This document shows positions 61,399 to 64,000 of a DNA stretch of 64,000 nt, piece after piece. The position numbers were made by a program, and so were the translations under genes. How positions within the stretch are numbered: position 1 is the first letter of the stretch; every line of letters starts with the position of its first letter. The stretch spans positions 19,040,001 through 19,104,000 of the forward strand of contig CP068257.2 in assembly GCA_009914755.4 (NCBI GenBank), read 5' to 3'. The stretch comes from the human T2T-CHM13v2.0 reference genome, Homo sapiens. The notes under the pieces are model-generated. The model was not told the origin of the DNA, searched no databases, and saw only the letters and a list, made by a program, of their open reading frames with translations.

Positions 61399-63677
61399 GA
61401 TGCCATCCTCTAGGAGGTAGGATATACATTGCATCAAACACCATTATGTGATTCTGTGGCCTAAAGAAAGAGTACATGGTTTTGTGATATAAGGAAGGGA
61501 AGCAGAGGTCATTATTCTCATGACCCACCATGGGACTTTGTACTTCCCATGCCTGCGACTCTGGACGCTTTAGAGTAGACATCCAGGTTCCCCAAGGGGT
61601 TAGAAAAAGCAAGTTTCCAACTGAGCTAGAAACCGGGCACAGCTGTCCCCTGGGCACTCTGAGGTTTTTGTTTCAAGGACAAGCAGACAAGAAGTGGAGT
61701 CACAGTCTTGGCAATGGTAATTGACCTTCATGTTGATGAAAAGGCAAAAGTGGTGTTATGCAATGGAGCAGTGAATATTCGTGGCACCCAGATAATCTAG
61801 TTAAGTAGGTCTTGGTAATTCTTCACCCAATTGTGACAATTGCAAAAAGACAGATACGGCAATCTGGCCAGAGAAGCTGTGATGAACAGGAAGTCACACC
61901 CTCAGGGATGATGGTCTCGGTCTCATCATGAGGTAAGTCATCGGTGAGGCCAGCAGAGGGAGTAGCTGAGGATAAAGGGGAAAGAAAATGAAAAGTGGAA
62001 GAAGGAGTCTATAAGTATCACTTGGTCCCTGAAAATTAAGTACAGCACCAGGGCTATAGTTCACTTAACTAATCTGTTATACTTTTACTCTCCAAAAAAA
62101 AGAGTGTCGTGAATTCATGGAGAGCTAATTGCTGAAAGTATATGAAAAAGTGAATCCGAGAGGCAAAGGGAGTGCATTGTGGTAGTCAGGGGGATGTTCC
62201 TTCTAGATGCCCCTTCGAGAAAGTGCTCGCTGCCAGGCTTCAGGGAACGCAGTCTGTAGACATCTCCAACTGTCACCTTTCTGTGGTTTGTCTCAGCGGC
62301 AGACAGCTGCCTCCCTGAAGGTCACATGTCACCCAGGACAGTCCATATCCAGTTACAAGCGGAGGTGAGGATGTAAAGGCCTGGACATTTCATCTCGATA
62401 GGGAACAACACTGGCAAGCGATGTTTGCTCTGGAGTTCCAGACAACATTGCCCAGAACATTGTCAGGCTTGCATTGCTTGTGCAGCTGCCCAGTGGACAG
62501 AAAACTGAGGCAAATGCAAAGACATATACCTAAAGGAGCAGTGCTGTGACTTCACGCTAGATTCCCGGAGACTTTCCATTTTCTGCAGAGTCCCTTCAGC
62601 AGATTGGTTACCCTTGAATTCTGTGGCACAGCCCTGGGTACTTTCATAAAAGCTCCCTGTTCACCTACTCCCTCCTTTCCATCTTGGTAGAAATGGATTT
62701 CTATTAATTTCAACCAAAAATTCTTAAATTTAGGCAAACAGCCTATTTTTCGCTTACTCATTTATGTTTTTCTTTCATAAAGTCCACTTTTTATATGAAA
62801 AAATATACCAATTTATTTGGGTTTCTGCAGTAGATAACTTTCAGGTATTTGCTTTTCTCATGCATTTTTATGGTATCACTTTCTTCACTTTATAGAAAAT
62901 TGTATAGAAACTGTACTACCTTTGTTTTATTATATTAAATTATTTATTACAGATATAGCAAGAAAAATATTTTATTCATATCCATTATTTTCACCAACCA
63001 AGAATATATAAGAATATCCCCACCTGGGCATACTTTTTACATAAGCACTGGTTAAATCTAGGCTTGCCCATATCTACACTTGACAAGTTTATCTTTAGAG
63101 TACGGTATTCTGTTCTATTCTCATAAGACAATTGCATTCATAGAACACAGGTTTCTTGTATGCAGCCTCAAATAAGATTATTGCTTAGTTTTCTGATAAT
63201 TTAAAATAAAGAACAACATGATGTTGAGAATTCACTATTTCCAAGAATATTCTCATATCCACCCTGCTGAAAGTGATTTTTTTTTTTATAAAATTGCTTA
63301 CAGGTTGCAATACTGTATACTTCTACACAATTTTCAGTCTTTCTGACTCTCTGCAGCACTGATTTCTTAGAACTGAAATCCCCAAATGGCTGTAAAACTA
63401 TGGGCAAGGGTACAAAAACCTCCTCAGAATGTATCAACTGTCCAGCATAATGGTAACTATCTGGTTTTCCAGTTAGTAGAAACCTGGGTTCTCTGGGTCA
63501 GACTTTAAATGAAATTTATTTCTGTCTTTTGTTGTGGACTCTGCTCCACTACATAAGTAAACTATTTCCAAGTGCATAATTACTTTTCCCAACCTAGTTC
63601 CATTAACCTTATAGTTAGTGGAAATATCTTCCAACTTCCAAATTCTGATGTCAGTTATCTCAGTGTTTCTATGCTGG

Positions 63678-63707
63678 TGTTTGGTTTGTTTGTTTGTTTG
63701 TTTGTTT
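63678..63707. repeat. (TTTG)n microsatellite
   Basis: gtttggtttgtttgtttgtttgtttgtttg. Confidence 0.9.
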
Positions 63708-64000
63708 GAGCTAGCTTCTGGTCTGAGGCTACCACAGCTATTTTGAAGTCACCAATTATTATAATAACCTTTATATTTACCTCTTGGCTTGTGCCAGTTC
63801 TTAAGCTATTGTGTCTCTGCTTCAAACTCAGCTTTCTGTATTCAGCTTTGTTATTCTAGGAACTCTACAAACCATCGTTCCCAATTAGCTAGCTGGTGCC
63901 TCCGAGTTATGAGGAAACATGGATGAAATTTTGAAATGACATCTTGATTGCGAAAGAAGTCAGACTCCCCCAGAATACGCATGCTACATGATTTCATTTA

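Overview
This window is human/primate nuclear genomic DNA, not a prokaryotic locus. It is AT-rich and gene-poor, and interspersed repeats tile most of it. I can place at least 17 Alu SINEs in both orientations, several with intact target-site duplications (TSDs). There are at least six old L1 (LINE-1) fragments. One of them carries decayed ORF1/ORF2 remnants and is split by a full-length THE1-type MaLR retrotransposon with two LTRs and a 5-bp TSD. There are also several solo MaLR LTRs (MST/THE1-like and older MLT1-like), a possible ERV class-I-type LTR, a partial MADE1 (mariner-derived miniature inverted-repeat element), and many microsatellites. One of the microsatellites is an unusual AT-rich palindromic compound array. 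No protein-coding gene, rRNA, tRNA, CRISPR array or operon is supportable. Almost every ORF in the six-frame track is a translation of Alu, L1, LTR or microsatellite sequence. Two weak hints remain for follow-up: a possible decayed retroviral env fragment at 51.8 kb and a splice-site-flanked open segment at 62.3 kb. I could not assign 1-1950, 14.4-16.0 kb, 30-31.5 kb, 32-34.8 kb, 35.2-36.4 kb, 37-39.5 kb, 47.2-51 kb or 57-59 kb to a family by eye. They may hold MIR/L2/DNA-transposon remnants or unique sequence.
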